The position numbers and the translations under genes were made by a program. DNA of 64,000 nt, taken from assembly GCF_004010195.1 (NCBI RefSeq), contig NC_057725.1, forward strand, positions 28,153,912-28,217,911, in the 5' to 3' direction. Source of the DNA: Chiloscyllium plagiosum. Lineage: Eukaryota. Under the pieces are notes generated by a model. It made no database searches, was not told where the DNA came from, and saw nothing but the letters and a program-made list of their open reading frames with translations. This document shows positions 24,246-37,600 of this stretch, in pieces; position 1 is the first letter of the stretch, and every line of letters begins with the position of its first letter.

Positions 24246-26839
24246 CCATCATATGCACAACATGGCTGTTGTGTTTCCTATATTGCAATGTTGACTAAAC
24301 TTTGAAATTGCTAAATTGACAGGAAAGCCTGTTGGGATGTCCTTTTTAAATTACAAAAGATTAGTATAGGACTCCAAGTTTGTTCTTTTCTTTCCTCCCT
24401 CCTAGCACTTTGGGGCATTTTTGAGCTGATATGGATCTGATTTACATCTTGAAATAACAGTTTAGGTTAATATTTTATCTTCCCATGATTGGAGTCCTGG
24501 TGTTAAAACCTGTTCTGTGAGTAAAAGACATTGTGTTGGGAGTTGGCTTCAGATAATTGCATGACAGTAATGTAGGATTAAGCAACTAACATCAGAACAA
24601 TCAACCAGGAGGGAGGAGGCCTTCTATAATTCATTGAGTGACACATGTGGGAGCCTGATTGCCTCCATGAGTTTAACACTTTCAGGTGGTGCACTTACAT
24701 ATGTGTTGCATGTTTCAAAATCTCACGTCACACTTCCTGTAATACCTTCAGCTTTGCACCACGGCCAATGTATAGAAGTTCCCAGTAATGAGCTCCAGTT
24801 TATCTGGGGTATTCTGAATTATTCCATGATTCCTGCATTATAACAGTGAAACTCTAAAGCCCATTGTTCACTGAGGTTGTTAAAGGTGCTATGCAGATGC
24901 AGGGCTTTCTTTCTAAATTGTGATCACTCCATTCCTAGCCAGAATGACGATTTGGCTAATTTCCTGTTAATCATGTTTGAAGACCTTATTAGTGTAAGTG
25001 TTTAGAATTGATTTTATCCACAACTTGCATTTTGTGACTTTTTCTCTGCTCAACGTATCTTTGCTGGATAAGTTATTTATTTTAATATGTGATATGATTA
25101 GCCTTCTCCAGTCACATACCCGGTTTGCTATAGTTTGAAGATCACATTTTAAATAATCTATGTTTAGATTAAATTATGTTAAGCTTGTTTACTATAACAT
25201 GCCATTTTTAAAAAAAACTCTGGGCTGTGTGCTCTAGTTCTGTAGGCTGTTTACTGTGGTCTGCTGTTTAAAAAGACTCTTTATTGAAAAACAGACATGA
25301 GTCCTCTTGTAAGTCACATCCTGGCTCCAAATCACTGGCTGATGGGGAGGTATAGATATCTGGAGAACTTCTTTTATAATGCATTGGAGGCAGTAAATCC
25401 TTTACAAATCAATGGCACCTAGTCATATTGTCACCACATACCATATTTTTTGATGAATTTTGAAGAAACTGTCTTAGGCAAAAAGTTGACTCTTAATGTT
25501 AGAACTAGGCATTTTTAAGGAAGTGATCCCCTATCTTACTCATAGCTGAGTGTTTGAACTAATCTAGTTTCCTGTTTGTATCAACCTTAACTTGGTGTCT
25601 TCATGTCAGGAAGTTATGGGATCATGTCTCAGCGCACGGATTGGATCATTTGGTCCAGGTCGATATTCCCCAAGACATACCAAGGTACCAAACACAAGAA
25701 TGAATAAAAATAGACCAACCTGACAGTGTTGTACTGAAACAGTTAAATTCTTCAAGATTATTCTTCTGTTCCTAACATCCTGAACCTTGTTCCCCAATGA
25801 GTAAATTCATACTTACTCAGTTACTATTAAAGATTTATCTCCCAGAAATCTTTATTAAAATAAAAACTGTCTCATCCAGAGGCCATCAGTTAATACACAC
25901 CGGTTTCACTGGGGAAGGACAGTTACAATTCCAGTTGGATTGTTTGAACCATTCTAGAGTTTGCCTGCTGTGATTTAAGTTACAGGCACCTGTGCTCCAA
26001 TCCTACATCCATTAATATTCAACTAAGCATTAAAAGTCCAGTCTCAACTCAGCTGCTATTAAAACTATAAGGTTACATTACCATTTGCCTGTTCCCAGTG
26101 CTGTCTTGACTAGCTTCACATATTTTATTCTTTCATATATACCAGAACTCTGCCTAACTCTCACCAAACCCATTACCCTGATGCTTGCTCGCCAGCATTG
26201 GCTATTAGTCAGGAATTGCCTCAATTTTAAAATTCGAATCCCTATTCAGCTCTTTGCTTCCAAACCTTAGCCTTCAGCTGCCTGGGCTGTAAGCTCTGGA
26301 GTTTCCTCCCTAAATGTTTCCACTTCTCTATCCCTTCCTTTTCCAAAACAAAACTGCTTGAAATCTACTTCTGAATGTCACCTGTCTGAAAAAATCATCT
26401 CACATGGTTCAGTATCAAATTTGGTTCAATAATGTTTCTGTGACATGCGTTGGGATATTTTGCTTGTTTAAAGCTGTTTTATGTAAGTTGGTAATGGTGA
26501 ACAATATTGTCTCAGCTTACGCTTGGCACTGGGGCCTCAAAATCGATCTTTCTAATCAGGGACTGTAATGAGGTAGTGTTAGAGATTGCCAACTTCTAAA
26601 TATACAAAATGAAATTAGTCCTGAGCATGACTTCAAGTTAAATCATCATTTGCAAGTGAATAAAGCTCAGGAATGATTGTAGTCATTCTACAATTTTAAA
26701 AAAAAATTGGGAAAGCTTAATATGGGGAATGTTTTCCAGACCCGGGTGTAACTGACAAAAGTTGTCCAGTCACTAAAGGGAGTTGGTTTCAAGGATTGCA
26801 GGAAAGATGAGTCAACAGGCTGACTGGTCACAGTCATCT

Positions 26840-26980
26840 TAGATTAGCTTCTCTACAGTGTGGAAACAGGCCATTTGGCCCAACGAGTCCACACCTGTGT
26901 GTGGCAGAAGAGTGACCCACCCAGACCTATTCCCCTAGCCTCCAGTTATTCCTGACTAATGCACCCAACACTATGGGCAC
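26840..26980 (-). mobile_element. HE1-like SINE 3' fragment
   Basis: tacagtgtggaaacaggccatttggcccaacgagtccacacc..ccacccagacc. Confidence 0.75.
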
Positions 26981-27654
26981 ACGTGTTTTTATGAAGAAAC
27001 ATTACCCTTTACTCCTTTCATTCTTGGGATATGCTATCAGCAAGAAGAGTGGCATTTATCGCCCATTGGTAGTTTCTCTGAAGCTGGCAGTGTAATGTTG
27101 TCTTGTGTACTGGTAGTTGGTTTGATAAGAGTGATTTGGCTGATGAGACCACTTCAGAGGGTTAATGAGTTAACACTTCATGCAACTTCAGATCCATTCT
27201 GAGCCTAGACCAGGTAAAGGTGACCGGTTTCCTGCCTCAGTGAATCATTTGAGGTTTTGTAATAATCCAACAGTTTCAGAATGACTTTTACTGACATCCA
27301 ATCACAATTTGCAGATTTCTCAAACTGAATTCAAGTTTTTTTTAAAATTGTCTCTGAAGTTTTGTTCAGGTTCAGCATTGTCATCTAATACTATAAACAA
27401 CACCACCATACCCCATAATTGCTTTTACCTGGTAATCACTAATAAACTGGCAAATCTATAACAAGGTCATGGCTGTGATTTAGAGGATTCACAGCATTAC
27501 AAATTGTCATAATTCCAATCATTATAAGGATTTTCATTCTTGGCTCAATAGGTAGCACTACTAGCCTCTGAATCAGAAAGTTGGGAATTCAAATCACAAC
27601 CTAGATGACATTGTAATCTAGACAGAGATTGACTTCCAGAATAATAGTGTGCAG

Positions 27655-28480
27655 ACCTGTTATGGTACAGAAGGAGGCCATTCAGTCCATCATATCTCCA
27701 CCTGCTTGGAGCATTTTGATTTGTTGCCAGTCTCCTGCCTTTTCCATGTTGTGTTATACATTTGTTCTTATTTTAAATAATCATTTAATACCAGCTTTGA
27801 TGCCTTAATTGATCCTGCCTCCACACTTGGATCATAACCACTTGCTGTGTGAGCAAGTTTTTCCCGCCACCTTTTCTGCCTTTTTCATTTACTTCTTTAG
27901 CAGAACACTTTTTAAATCTGTGACTTCTTCTGGTTCTGATGCACTAAAGAGAATGGGTAATTTCTTCTGATCTTCTCTGCCCTGACCCCTCTATTTTGGA
28001 AATTGTGATCAGATCTTCTTTTGCCTTCTCTCCTCCAAGATAGACATTCCTGACTTATCCTAGCGATTTTCATGACTGTCTCACCCCTGGAATCATTGTG
28101 CAGTCTCCCCAATAAAAACTGAAAGTGTGGCATCCAGAAGTGTACACAATAATTCAGTGTCCTATCCATGTTTAGCATAACTTACCTGCCTCGTGAACTA
28201 TATGATCCTGTTAATGAAGTCTTTGTTACTACTATCACTACTTTTGCCTGTCACCTTTAATGACTTGTGCACATAAAGTCTCTCTGTTCCTGTACACCCT
28301 TCAGAGTAGTGGACTGTAGTGTTCTTTATATTATGTTGCATCTCCATGTTCTTTGTATCACCTCATGCTTCTCTGCATTGAATGTCATCTGCCACCTATC
28401 CAGCCAATCCAACGCCATGTCCAAGTCCTTTTGAAGTTTCACACTAGCTTTCTCGCAGTTTACAATGTTCCCAAGTTTTG
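27655..28480 (-). mobile_element. Old CR1 LINE 3' fragment
   Basis: ORFs 28326-28568 (KLQKDLD..WLDRWQMTFNAEKHEVI) and 27912-28178 (LNYCVHFWMPH); tail acagaaggaggccattcag. Confidence 0.7.
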
Positions 28481-29720
28481 AACTATTGTAGGTGTCTCTT
28501 TGGCCTTTGAATGAACATCTCATCCAAAAGATTTTTTTGATCAAACAAGAACATGGTAGGCTGCCCAATGTTTAGCACAAAACTATTCTGTCGTTATTAT
28601 ACTGTTGCTGTTAGAATTTTACTGTGTTTTTCCAAATTACAACAATAATGTGCTTCAAAAATGCTTTAAAGCACTTTGTGCACAGTGAGGCCATGAAGGA
28701 TGCTATTGAAGAGAAAATCTATTTGTCTTTGGTTTCTGTTAGTAATTACACTTTTTAAAGATTTTTACGTGGTTCGAATGCGCATCAAACTGTACAGACC
28801 AAAGCTCCATTGTTGGATGCCAAAAATGTTTGTCTTGTGATAAACCATTAGAGTCCTTGAAAGTTGATTCAAGTTTGGCCTGGACAAGGGCTGGGAAGAA
28901 TAAAATTTGATGTTTGTCCAAGTGGAAAATGAATACCCATAGTGCCACTTCTTACTGTTAGGGTGTCTGGGATAAGTTGAGATACTTGGAGCTATGGTTG
29001 TGCATATCCAAGGGAGTGAAGGGACATGGGTTTAAAAAGGTAATGGGTTAATTTCGTGAAGACCATGCTTTCTGGAAGAGGATTCAATTAATACTGCTTT
29101 TAAAAAAATTTTTTCATTTGAGTTAGTGTCGGGTCATGTAGTAACAAGCTGTGGTTCTGCAGGTTTGCCTCTGGGTTCGATACCTACACCAGGACATGAG
29201 TATAACCAAACATTTCTGTGTAATATGGAGTGAATTCTACATTGTTGGTAGTGCCATCTTCTGGATGAAACCTTCATCTGAGCCCCCATCTGCTGCCTCA
29301 AACATCAATATTGCACAGCTCTACTGCTATGGGTGGTGTCTGAACTAATATTAATCATTCAGTCCATGTCATTGACTAAACAATTAGCTCAATGTTGCAT
29401 TCCAGTATTTGGTGGTGTTTGTGTACTGTGCCCGAATTGGGCGTTGCTTTCCCTGCATTCCAACAGTGACTACACTTCAGTTCAGCTTCATTTGTGCAAT
29501 GTACTTGGGACATCCTCTAGCCATAAATTCCCTCCCTCTTGCTTTGCCTTCTCTTTCTCTCTGCAGTTAAGTTTGCCTTCACAAAATTTTTGAGGCTGTC
29601 TGCCTGGAAAGCAAAGAATTGAGGTGGTCTCCAAGATCATCTTTTTTTCCCCATCTTCCTGTCTTGCCCAGTCTCTACAGGCTCTGAGGTTGGTCCATTA
29701 CATGGATGAGATGAACACTA

Positions 29721-29940
29721 AGAGAAAGTGAGGACTGCAGATGCTGGAGACCAGAGTTGAAAAATGTGGTGCTGGAAAACACAGCAGGCCAGGCAGCATC
29801 TGAGGAGCAGGAGAATTGATGTTCCGGGCATAAGCCCTTCTTCGGGAAGCCTGAAGAAGGGCTTATGCCAGAACCGTCGATTCTCCTGCTCCTCGGATGC
29901 TGCCTGGCCTGCTGTGTTTTCCAGCACCACATTTTTCAAC
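29721..29940. mobile_element. Fold-back PLE terminal-repeat insertion (two inverted HHR-bearing arms) with 14-bp TSD
   Basis: TSD tgagatgaacacta at 29707-29720 and 29941-29954; arms 29756-29846 and 29850-29940 are reverse complements around a 3-nt loop. Confidence 0.88.
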
Positions 29941-32785
29941 TGAGATGAACACTATCAAACCTACACCATTCCTGCTATCCTTTTTTTTTAAATCGAATGC
30001 ATAGCGTCAACCTGGTTGCATTCTGGATGGATCATTTTGCAATAACCAGCAGTTGATATTGGGAATCCTGCCAGGCCAACCAGCTGCTTCTGTCTGTGGG
30101 CTTGAGCTGATCCACGCCTCTATCCTAATGTACACCTGACTCCCTTCCTCCATGTACTCTCTGTTCACTGACTTCCAATCCCCAATTTTGTTTCTTGTTT
30201 AAAATTCTCACCCTTGTTCAAACCACTGTGGGTTATGTTCTCCATATTTTTGTAACCTTCCAAGGTTTGCACTCTTTCCTCAGTCAAGGTGCTTCTTTAA
30301 AATCAATCGACCGCTTTGACCAAGCCTTTGGTCACTAAAATCTCTAATACCTACTCTAATGTCTCCAGTTTCTTGTCACCTTGTCTGATTTATGCTCTTG
30401 GAACGTTCTTTAAAATAGGAAAAGAATTTAGAAAAAGGTGCCGAACATTCATATTTGCCTACTTTTTTGGTATTTTGAACCACTTACAAATAAATGTGAA
30501 GTATTAAAGTTCACCAGAAATACTTTTTGGGGAAAAAAAGTGCATTCAAGCTAGTAAGGCACTAAAATTACACTAAATCCTGGTTGTCTTCTCACAGCTT
30601 TGAGAAGACAATGTCTAAGAGTTTTACCCCATGCTTGGGCAGCAATAGCGGTCTGACCTTTAGGCTCAACTCTGACATCTGGAGGCCAAATTTAAAGAAA
30701 ATAGTTTGGTTTGGGAATACTTCACCATTTTTGTTTTGCTTGTATTTTCATTTTAAGGATCAATCCATGTCTGTTGTGATGAGCTGTAATAGGCTGTCAG
30801 CTGGCAGCAGACCTTTTTCAAGGCCTTGGACTCTCTGTTTACCACTTTGCTTTCCCGGTTATTGGCAAAGATTCAAATTCTGCAATAGTTGCATTAAATC
30901 CTTAACAGACTTTCTGCCAGGGTGAAAGTGTTAATAAATGAAAGTTGTTGTATTTTGAAGAGTAGAAAGTCATCATGGTATATAGGGTGCCATCTTTCCT
31001 CAACCAACATTTGCCTGATAATGCACCTTCTTACTGTGGCATATTGCAATGTATTTTCCTTGTCTGCACCTAACAACAGTTGCTAAAATAAAAAGTGACA
31101 TGTTATGTTTTGAGTTTTTTTTGTGTCATTTGAATGATAGAAAAAGATGCTGTTATCAATATTTTAGCTTTCTGGTTCAGTTCTATTGGCAGACTCCAGT
31201 AAATGATGCTTTGCCTGTGAGTTTGACTGTTTCTGTCTTTCACCATTTCACCCAGTGGGTTTAATCAACAGCATACTAAAAATTTATATCTGCCTGGAAA
31301 AGATTTAGAGAAACCTTTTTTGTTCATATTGTTTCCTGCAATTTGCTGGATAACTAATAGATTGCATCTTGCTGACTACAAACACCTTTAGTGTTTTTTT
31401 GTGTGTACAGATTTCAGCATACCACATCTTTTGGTTCTGTGTATGTTCTTCATTGCTCTAACTTTTTTTTTTCCTTTCAACAAAATGGAACATTGCTCCA
31501 TGCTCTTTGAAATTTCAGGTCTCATTCCTTTTTTAATGGTTTAGATCTGTGTTTTGATCTGAAGGGTTCAAAAAGTTGATGTTTGATTAACAGCATCAAG
31601 TTTAAGACTGTCTGGAGTCATGTTGATGAACATCTTTTAAAAGATGTGGATATTTGGGGAATTGTGGTTTTAAAAGATGTATAATTCTGAGTTGGGAATT
31701 GAAAGGAGAAAAGAAATGCAGCCCAAACAGGCCATTCAGCCCAAATGTTCCATGCTGATATTTATGCTTCACATAAGTCTCTTCCCATCCTACTTCATCT
31801 CACTCTATTGATCTTTTAAAGAACTGTATTAGCCAGTATATGGTACATCAAATACAATGTGCTGCACGGCTGATCTCTATATCCTTTACCCAATTTGCTT
31901 GGACATGTTGTACAATAAATAAATGCCATGACGTAATGTGTTATTAGATGCATTCTGAAAACATTTTAACCCAAAGTACTTCTGTGCAAACCACTGTGCT
32001 TTCAATTGACGTTAGTTCACATAGATTTGAGGACGAAGTTATCAGTTACCTTCCCTGTTCTTTCAGAATAAGAATATGGTCTTTCACCATACACAATCAG
32101 AATATGTGAGGTAACTTTATTTGCAGAGGAATGTTTTTTGGTTTGGGAAAATTTATACCTAATTGACAAATCTCATAAAAATCCTGAGGTCACTTGACCC
32201 ATTTAGCTCTTACTACAATCAGCAGTTAAGAATTTTTGCATTTTGCCATCAGAACATCTGGTTACCACATGACATGTTTGGGTTTCCTGTTGATCATCTG
32301 TGGTATTGATCAATCCTGCATTTGGCAACAGGCTTTCTAGCATCCAACTTTTCTTGTGTCATTGATGTGAAGAGATGAGTGGTTTATGTATTCTCTTTGC
32401 GCAAACTCTCTTGGCCTGAATTCTCTTGGTCTTGAATAAAGATCCCACACGCCATCAAATTTTACAGAAGTCAGAAAGGTATTTTACCAGAATATTTTCC
32501 CTTACTAGGACACCAATCTGCAACTCTATGGTATCTTTTAATGTAGGTTAAAATATTCCATGGTGTTTCACAAAATCTTTTACTAAAGCAGCATTTGACC
32601 CTGACATTTTTTTGACGTCTGTAATCGCCAACGAGAGATTTCAAGGGGCATAATAAAGAGAATAGGTCACAAGGCAGAGAGGTTAAGGGAGGGATTTCCT
32701 GACCTTCAAGACCCTTGCAACTGAAGGCATGGCCCCCAATGGTGGGAACATTAATATTGAGGTTCTGTAGGAGTCCAGGAGTAGA

Positions 32786-33101
32786 TTAGATTAGATTATA
32801 GTGTGGAAACAGGCCCTTCGGCCCAACAAGTCCACACCGACCCGCCGAAGCGCAACCCACCCAGACCCATTCCCCTACATTTACCTCTTCACCTAAGACT
32901 ACGGGCAATTGAGCACGGCCAATTCACCTGACCTGCACATCTTTGGACTGTGGGAGGAAACCGGAGCACCTGGAGGAAACCCACGTAGACACAGGGAGAA
33001 TGTGCAAACTCCACACAGTCAGTCACCTGAGGTGGGAATTAAACCCGGGTCTCTGGTGCTGTGAGGCAGCAGTGCTAACCACTGTGCCACCGTGCTGCCC
33101 C
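32786..33101 (-). mobile_element. HE1-like SINE, full length
   Basis: Near-identical to 20398-20719; possible TSD gagtaga (32779-32785 / 33102-33108). Confidence 0.92.
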
Positions 33102-33639
33102 GAGTAGAGGAACAAAAACTCTTGAAGAGTTTGAGGCTTGAGAGGGAGTCTCCCTTTTCTGCCTATCTTGGGATTTGGAAACAAGAATGAATGTCTCATA
33201 TTGGCGCGCTCGATTTTAAACAATGAGCATAGGAGTAATGGCTTACCAGGAGTAATGGCTAACCATGGATTGGTGTAAACTAGATCTTTAATCTTTTCAG
33301 GTTGTTGGTGGTTTGGAAGTTTCTAGCTCCAAACATCCAGCAGTGTCTTGATGGTTTTTACCTGCTTGTGGTATCTCCCAGTTTTGAGAAATTCCCAGGA
33401 ATCTTTCATTTGAAAGAGAGCACCTAAACCCTCTGGTGCCTTCTGTTACTTCATCCAACTGGACCATCTCTATGTGGGGCTGGAAACTACATTAGCAGTT
33501 CATTTGATCTTTTACAAGCAGAACAATTTATCTCCAACTGGTCCTTTTACATGCTCACCTATAGGTATCATTGGCTAGTGCTGAGGCACATTGGTTTTAG
33601 TCGAGATGATAACAGCAGCTAATTTGGTAAAACATAGAT

Positions 33640-34200
33640 CACTGCTTTCTTGAGCAGTCTCTATAACTAGGTTAAAGAACAAGATTAAATAGATACGGGA
33701 TTATACAGTGCATTGGTAAGGCCATGCCTGATACACCGAGCATTTTTTGATTTTACCCAAGAAAGATTGAAGATTCATTAACCTGATTCCCAAAAAGAGG
33801 AAAGCAGGATTGATGAGACAAAGCTGATAGTCCATGGTGTATTGGTGGTCTAACTGACATGCACAACTCTTGGGGAACCAGCCAATAGATGGCAAAAAAA
33901 TATTTTCCATGGCTGGAAAATCTAGAATGGGTCACAGAATAGGTGTATTTCAGAGTAAGGGCCAAATCATTTTAGAATGAGTTGAGAATTTCACTGAGAT
34001 GCGAGTCATCAAAATTATCCCCCTCAGTATTCAATATTCCATCCTTGAGCATGTTTAAGACTGAGATATTGATAAGACTTTTGGATACAAAGGGATTTAA
34101 GGAATATAGGGGCAGGATGGGATAGTGGAGTTGAGGTTGAAGATTCACTGTGAACTTAATGAATAGTGGAACACGTTCAATGAGTCACATGGCCTTTTTT
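33640..34200 (+). mobile_element. Old CR1 3' fragment
   Basis: ttatacagtgcattggtaaggccatgcctg (LYxALVRPxL-like), gaagattcatta..ctgattcc, and a CR1-like 3' UTR. Confidence 0.55.
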
Positions 34201-34469
34201 ATTAAAACAAGCTTCAGAGCAGACTGGGTAATATATTTAACACAGAAGCAATTAAACCATATGCTGAGTAATACAAATCCTGCTCGTGTTCCAGTGAAAG
34301 TCAACAGGTGCTTGAGAACTCAAACCGCATCTTTTGATTAGGAATTTTGCAGCTTTCTGGGCTCAGAACTCAACTTTTGGATTCAACCTTTTCATTCTCC
34401 TTTTGTTTCCTATGGTTTACATATTTCCGTTTTCCTAGTTTTTCTTTAAGTAGATGTCCTACTCAAGGC

Positions 34470-34712
34470 ACATTTTTTTTGTTTTATTTTGTTGTTTTCC
34501 TACCCCATCAAAATTGCCCTTGACCCAGAAGATGAACTCTTCCGACATTCTATCTCCCCCCATTTTTCATTTTATTCTTCCTTTGTCCCTGTCGCAACTG
34601 TCCCTTACTCTAATTCTATTGAAGTCTTCAAATTCTTCCAGTTCTGAAGAAAGGCCATCAACCTGAAATGTTCTCTTTTTCTCTATACAGATGTTACTTC
34701 ACTTGGTGAGTA
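34470..34712 (+). mobile_element. Old PLE terminal remnant with decayed hammerhead
   Basis: ccagttCTGAAGAaaggccatcaacctGAAAtgtt..ctctatacagatg at about 34640-34692. Confidence 0.45.
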
Positions 34713-34739
34713 ATATGTTCATTGTCTTTCCTGTCCTCA

Positions 34740-35150
34740 AGCTGTTCCCAAGTGCTTTGCAACCAATGATTTACTATTGGCACACAATCAGTTAAGTTAA
34801 TTAGCAAATGTTCTGCCCAGTTTGCAAAGGAAAAGGATTCATCAGTAAATCTGTGTGCTTTGGTTTTTATCAGTTCTCTTCAGCTGAGAAAATTTTTGTC
34901 AGGAGAGTTGAGGTCTGAATGCTGGATAGGACACTAAAAGAATTCTCTGCTCTTGGGAATTATATGATCAATGAGACAGACCTAGATCTGGTTTAACATC
35001 TCATCTAATTGTGTAACACCTCTGACAGAGCAGCACACTCACAGCACTGCATAGGCTTGTCATCCTTGATTTGATTTTAGTTCTCGAGCTCTAACGTGGA
35101 TCTTGAACACAATCTCTGACTTTGAAGCATCTGTTACCAGATAACTAAGT
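34740..35150 (-). mobile_element. DeuSINE, diverged
   Basis: ggtttaacatctcatctaa..cacctctgacagagcagcacactcacagcactgca is the reverse complement of the Deu domain. Confidence 0.6.
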
Positions 35151-35679
35151 CAAGTGGTGCTGAAGGAGTTTACTTGGAAAGCAACAATCTGAGAAATGTA
35201 GGACCATGAGTCACTGAGATCTCAACACTATATTGATAATGTATAAAGCTTTCCAAATGGACAACTTTCTTTGCTCTATGCTGAGTAGCGATGCATTGAC
35301 ATTCATTACTGTGGTAGAGTTATGTATATAAGCAACTATTAATCAACTGATATTTTCCACAATCTAGCTACCTTGATTCAGCATTCTAACAGTGCGACAT
35401 GTCGATGCTAATACTTAGCAATGGCACAATTGATCTTGTAACCTAAGAAATACTTGCAGGAACTGAGACATGAGATTTGGAAGAAGGAGTTGAAAATTCG
35501 AGGAGGATCCTTTTCTCCATTTCTATTTTAAAGCTCTGAAACCTTGAGGACTTGGTTTGCCCAGTTCTTGTTTTCAATATGTATTCTTTCACATTCTCTT
35601 CCAATGAACGGAGTCCGCCCTCTTCCTGTCCTTTTATCATGACTTGGAGTTGTTTCCTATCTTTTTCAAAGAAAATGAA

Positions 35680-36385
35680 GGAATGATTTATTGACACTTG
35701 TGCTCTGCAATGAACAACACAGTGAAATACAGTGAAAAGCTTTAACTGTCACCACAATCCAACACCATTTGAATATCCTAAGAATAAAAAGATAAAGCTG
35801 AAAGAAAGGCTGTCTTCGTTCTGTCGCCTCCACCATGACTCCTGAGCCAGCTGACCAATGACAGCCGTGCTGCCACCTTTCAATCTCCTGCGCCAGACCT
35901 TCAGATGCCATCTCTTCATGATTGGGCCCACCTTGTCGATTTGGCTCTTAATGCCAGGTCTGATGCTGGACACACAATTGCCCCATAATCAGGAGTCCCT
36001 GCCTCTGCTGCTGCTGCTGCTGTCACCACTACCTCACTGATCACCAGGAGACGTGACCCTCCCCCAAACCAAGCTCTGGGCCTATGGCAACATCTGCAGT
36101 TCTCACTCCAGACACACCACACTGCCATCACTTCAGCCACTGCTTCAATGATGCCTGGCATGCCAAGTCTAGGCCTAGCACAGCTAGGAGTCCCTGCACC
36201 GCTGCCAGGCCAAGCTGCTGCCTTGACAAGAGTTCTACTTTGGCTGTTCTCCTTCATGATTTCATTGCTGCTGCTCACAGGAAGATGAAGGCGAAAATAA
36301 AAAGACAAGTAGGGAGTAAGCAGCTGCCTGGAGCAGACAGACACAAGAGCCCGAATGCTGCTACCTTGTTGGTGCCACCATTTTA
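35680..36385 (-). mobile_element. Non-autonomous retroposon of uncertain family (Rex1/Babar-like 3' end)
   Basis: Minus strand starts aaaatggtggcacc and ends ttcactgtatttcactgtg..gtgtcaataaatcattccttcatt (AATAAA plus short repeat); GC-richer than the flanks; no protein motif. Confidence 0.4.
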
Positions 36386-36477
36386 AAATTACGCTTGTGC
36401 ATTGAGAGATGTTTAAAAATGTGCTGTTTTATTTTTGTAAAACCAAAAGCTTCAGAGATTCTCATCCTGCCACAAAC

Positions 36478-36712
36478 TAGATTAGATTAGATTTTTAGAT
36501 TACATTAGATTAGATTACATTACAGTGTGGAAACAGGCCCTTCGGCCCAACAAGTCCACACCGCCCCGCCGAAGCGTAACCCACCCATACCCCTACATTT
36601 ACCCCTTACGTAACAGTACGGGCAATTTTTAGCATGGCCAATTCACTGACCTGAACCCGGGTCTCTGGCGCTATGAGGCAGCAGTGCTAACCACTGTGCC
36701 ACCGTGCCGCCC
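36478..36712 (-). mobile_element. HE1-like SINE with internal deletion
   Basis: Head and tail match 20398-20719, but about 110 nt between aattcactgacc and tgaacccggg are missing; extended (TAGAT)n tail. Confidence 0.88.
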
Positions 36713-36749
36713 GCAACTATTATCATAGTGGTGTAGAAAATGAGAAGAC

Positions 36750-37600
36750 ATTTTGATTGGGAGAAACTGTTTCCACTAGCAGGGTGGATAGTAAACAAGT
36801 AATACAGCTTTAAAATTTGCTTTTTACTCAGGAAATTATTATCTTTAAACCTGTATCTGAAAGCGCAGTAAAAACAGATTCAATGCGGAAATTGGACACA
36901 CAGTTGAAAGTGAAAAGGAATAGTGTGCTTTGAGGAAAGAGCAAGGAAGTTTGTACTAGCAGGATAGCATAATGGGTCAAATTGCCTCTTCCTGTGCTGT
37001 AATGTTCAATGCTACATTGAGAGAAATAATCTCAGAATTGTTATGGTCCAAAAGCACACCATTCAAGTCCTCGTGTTTGCACTGATTCTCTGAACAGGCA
37101 TCATGATATAAAGCCATTTTCCAGCCTTTCCCCATAACTCTACATGTTTACCCTGTTGAATGCTGCGATTTAACTCTGCCTCCACCATGTTTTCAAGTAG
37201 TACATTCCAGACCCAAACTAGTTTGTGAAAGAAGTGTTTTTCATTGCATTTACAACTTTCTCAAATCAGTTTAATCTATCCCTTTTTTTAGTCTTTTGTG
37301 AGGGAACAGTTTTCTCCCTGCTTACTGTTCAGATCCCTCATTATTTTCAATCAAATCTTTTCCTCTTCAATAAAAACAAAGAGGAGACTATGTCAACCTC
37401 TCAAATCTAACTTCATAACTGATGTTTCTCATCCCTGAAGCCATTCTTGTAAACATCTTTTGCATTCTTTCTGGTACGTTCAATAACTTCTGCAAGTGAG
37501 GTGCCGAGAATTCTACACCATAGTCCAGATGAGGTTTAATTGGTGTGCTATATAGGCTCAGCATATCCTCTCTTGTATACTCTGCCCCTATTAATTATAG
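36750..37600. mobile_element. Two old CR1 3' fragments in opposite orientation (+ about 36750-37010, - about 37035-37600)
   Basis: gagaaactgtttccactagcagggtgg..cttcctgtgctgtaatgttc (+); catccctgaagccattcttgtaaac..gagaattctacaccatagtccag (-). Confidence 0.5.

Noticed and set aside
36478-36522. Short repeated units suggesting an array or telomere-like tract
   Set aside because: The (TAGAT)n tail of a SINE; no CRISPR-type repeat-spacer structure anywhere in this eukaryotic window.
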